DNA of 61,276 nucleotides, the filler included. It is 14 parts of 14 records of this genome, joined end to end, with 100 filler letters (N's around TTAATTAATTAA, not from the genome) between each part and the next. Parts side by side here need not be neighbours in the genome. Positions count along the whole stretch, not along the records: positions 55,548 to 61,276 come from SRR7504441_112790; 13 more parts are not named here. The stretch is one strand, 5' to 3'. A model generated the notes under the pieces. It saw nothing but the letters and a program-made list of their open reading frames with translations, was not told the origin of the DNA and did not search any database. Every line of letters begins with the position of its first letter. The stretch's first letter is position 1. Both the position numbers and the translations under genes were made by a program. Shown here piece by piece: positions 58,501 to 61,276 of the stretch.

Positions 58501-61276
58501 GGACCGGATCGATTGATGCTGCTGAGAGGTGGGTGTCGTTGGCACAGTCCGGAGTGTCAGTGCTACTAGTGCAGGGAAGCATAACGGAACGGCTACAACT
58601 CGAAGCACTCAACAGTAACCTAGCCACACAGCAGCTAGGTCACCTTGTGCACTCCGCTGGGACACTGGCCGACGCTGTCTTCCGAAATCAGACGTTTGCG
58701 AAGCTGACGCGTGTCTGGAGGCCCAAGGTTCAGGGACTGGCAGCCTTGGATGCTTGCAAGTTCAGTGCAGACTTTACGCTGCTCTTTTCGTCAATGTCGG
58801 GCCTGCTTGGATGTTACGGGCAAACCAACTATTCCGCTGCAAACACCCATATGGATGCAGTTGCACGATTATGTCGAACCCAGGAGAAGCCCTGGACAAG
58901 CATTCAGTGGTCAGCATGGTCTGGCTCCGGGATGGCAGCACCGATCGCTAGTGAAGTGGAACAGACTGGCATACAGCTTATCGAGCCCTCCCAGGGGTGG
59001 TCAGCTCTTGACTGGTGCACCAAGTACAGACCTGCAGTGGTGGCAGTAATCCCAGTGTCCTGGCCGACCTTTGTCTTTGAAAAGTCAAACTTCGGTTCCG
59101 ACTTTTTTTCTGAAGTGGCATTGCCTGCAGTAGCTGCGCCACTTCATGGTTCTCATAGCTCGGGACTGTTGCCGTTCATGAATGAAACCCAGAAACGGAA
59201 CTTGTTAGAGAGCATTTTCGCGGAAGAATTGCAAAAACTGGCAACCAGCGATCTGGTGCTTTCCGCGGATGATGCACTCCCCGACGTGCTGGATTCCCTC
59301 CAAGCACTGGAGTTTCAGCATTGTTTGTCTCGGAGGCTACCTGGTGTCAGCATCCCAGCTAGCGCACTCTTTGAGCATCCCACGACCCGAAGTTTTGTGG
59401 CCTTCTTGAACAGCTCATATCAAGTACACTCGCCTTCCAGCAAAGATGTAGTTTCTGTTCTCGAGCCATGTGCAACCGCAGTTGTGCTATGCGGAAAGAG
59501 CTGTCGGCTGGCCCAAAGAATGCAAAGTGGGCAGCAGTTCTTCAGATTCCTTGTGGAAGCCGCCTGCTGTATCACACAAGCTTCGCGCACACGATGGGCA
59601 GTGATGAGTGCACATTTTGAGGATCTTGAGCCTGATTTCGGCATTGGATCGTTCCTTGAGGATCTAGAGCTATTCGATGCAACTTACTTCGGACTGAAGC
59701 CACGGTTAGCAAAGAGTCTCGATCCGCATATCCGTGTGCTCCTTGAGTTGGTGGCAGAAGCATTATTGGATTCTGATTTGCTAGCTCTCCACCACACACG
59801 GCATAATCCAGTAGGTCTATTTGCTGGCACTCAACAGCGAGACTTTGCCTTGCCGTGTGGGAACAATGATGTTCCACGAGTAATTGCCCATGCTCTGAAT
59901 TTGCAGGGTCCACTTGAGCAGATTGAGCTCGAGTGCACATCGTCCCATGTTGCCGCTGCCCGCTCACTCACTTCTTTGAGGGAGAAACACTGTGCATCTG
60001 CCGTGGTTGCTGGGCTCTGTCTCCGGCTCACAGCGCCATTCGAGCGGTTTGTCATGTCAGATACTTTTCGAAGTACAACTGGTATTTGTAGGCCGTTAGA
60101 TGAGGCGTGCGACGGTGGTGTGAGAAGCGAGGGAGGAGGCGCATTGGTTCTGCAGCTGTGCACTCACGAGAAACCGAGAATGTCTGTAACACTTCAGAGT
60201 GCAAAAATCACTCGTAGCAGTATTCAGTTGGCCTCGCTGGCATCACCTGACCCTGAAGCACAGTCTGTTGCAATGAGGCAAGCTCTGGCAGGGGTTGGAG
60301 AATCGCCTGTCGCTGTGGCCATCTGTCATGTCCATGGGGTGGGACAAAAGATTGCAGACACATGTGAGATCTACGCATTAGCGAATGTGTATGGACAATC
60401 TCAGTCCGCACCACAGGTAACACTGATGAATCACAAGGCAAACTACGGACACACAACAGAAGGGTCGGGTGCACTCGCACTGATTTTGACCGCCCTATCG
60501 CTATACGAGTCGGTGCCGGCACACATGTACGTGGTACGGCCACTTGGAGCTATCGATCCATTTTTACTTGTACCGTGCTCACTCACAAGAACAGACGGCA
60601 GATCGTCAGTAGCTTCTGTGAACGGACAGGCCACGTCTGGTGTCAATGCACACTTGGTACTGTCCAAGCGCGCAGATGAATTACCGGATTTCTTGACATG
60701 CAGCAAGATAGAATACGAGCAGGCATCCTATCCCTGGTGCGATTTGCCTATGCGTGGGGTACGCCCTCAGCTTCCTTCAGACCCCGGTAGCCTGACAATT
60801 TCGAGCTCCCAACAAGATGAGGCTGATTCGGATAAGATCCGCTTTCGTTACTGGAACTGCCGGGGCACCGGGCAGGTGTGCCGGTACATGCTGCATGACA
60901 GCGGCACCGATGGACAGGATTTTGACGACGAGGTGGTCAGATTTACACAGGCCAGAGCCTGGGCTCTTGATAAGTTGGAAGAGTCCAAGACTGGCCCATT
61001 CCACTCTCTCCCAATGGTGGAGCATAGGGGAGAGTGCCTGAGTGAATCATCGGCCTGTACGCTCTACGTGGCCGAGCAGTTCGGATATTTGCCAGTCGAT
61101 CCGATGGAAAGGGCGAAGGCGTCGATGATCTGGCAGCATGTGAAAGAAGAAATAATTCATCGCATCGGCAGCGGTATGTATGAGCGCGAAGAGTGGCAAA
61201 CCATCATCGGCGGTGGAAAGTACCAGAGCTGGAGTACTTTTGTATCAAAGTACCAGAACCTGGAGGACGTGCTGAG
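55548..61276 (+). CDS. AT-less modular type I polyketide synthase fragment: KS - KR with inserted flavin monooxygenase - ACP - KS - GST; open at both ends
   Basis: Hand translation from 55548 gives 1909 codons with no stop. KS1: TVCSSS, HGTGT, GHTEG. FMO: GAGATG, GGLW, GGGKSG. KR: GGTGALG, HSAGTLAD, YSAAN. ACP: LDSL. KS2: ECTSS, HGVG, GHTT. GST: YWNCRG, PFHSLP, SES. Confidence 0.93.

Noticed and set aside
4-61276. A glutathione-conjugate pathway cluster (PKS-GST plus GGT) or a sulfate cluster (sulfatase, ASST, NAGLU)
   Set aside because: GGT, the sulfatase and the PKS are on different unlinked contigs, so co-occurrence in this window is not evidence of clustering.

Overview
This is not one locus. 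It is 14 unlinked contigs (about 3-7 kb each) from a gene-dense, GC-rich unicellular eukaryote, joined by 13 artificial 100-nt spacers (N44-TTAATTAATTAA-N44). I cannot assign the lineage from the sequence alone. Most genes are split by very short spliceosomal introns (about 35-57 nt), many with GC donors, so the ORF track shows only fragments; I spliced the gene models by hand. Recognisable genes: GGT, arylsulfatase, TEL2, cytochrome b5-acyl-CoA dehydrogenase, L/F-tRNA-protein transferase, RPSA, Elongin B, EngB, AP endonuclease, aryl-sulfate sulfotransferase, cyclophilin, GH89/NAGLU, ALIX/BRO1, an E2 enzyme, and FYVE, CUE and kelch proteins. The strongest candidate for an undescribed system is absent from the ORF track: a stop-free, intronless frame of 1909 codons (55548-61276) encoding an AT-less type I polyketide synthase with the order KS - KR (with a flavin monooxygenase inserted) - ACP - divergent KS - glutathione S-transferase. 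Other highlights: a full-architecture FMR1/FXR homolog, a SNORD45-like C/D snoRNA in the RPSA intron, twin introner-like introns, a serine hydrolase-RWD-Obg GTPase fusion, and a pseudo-GTPase. All family assignments rest on motif recognition from memory; no database search was run.
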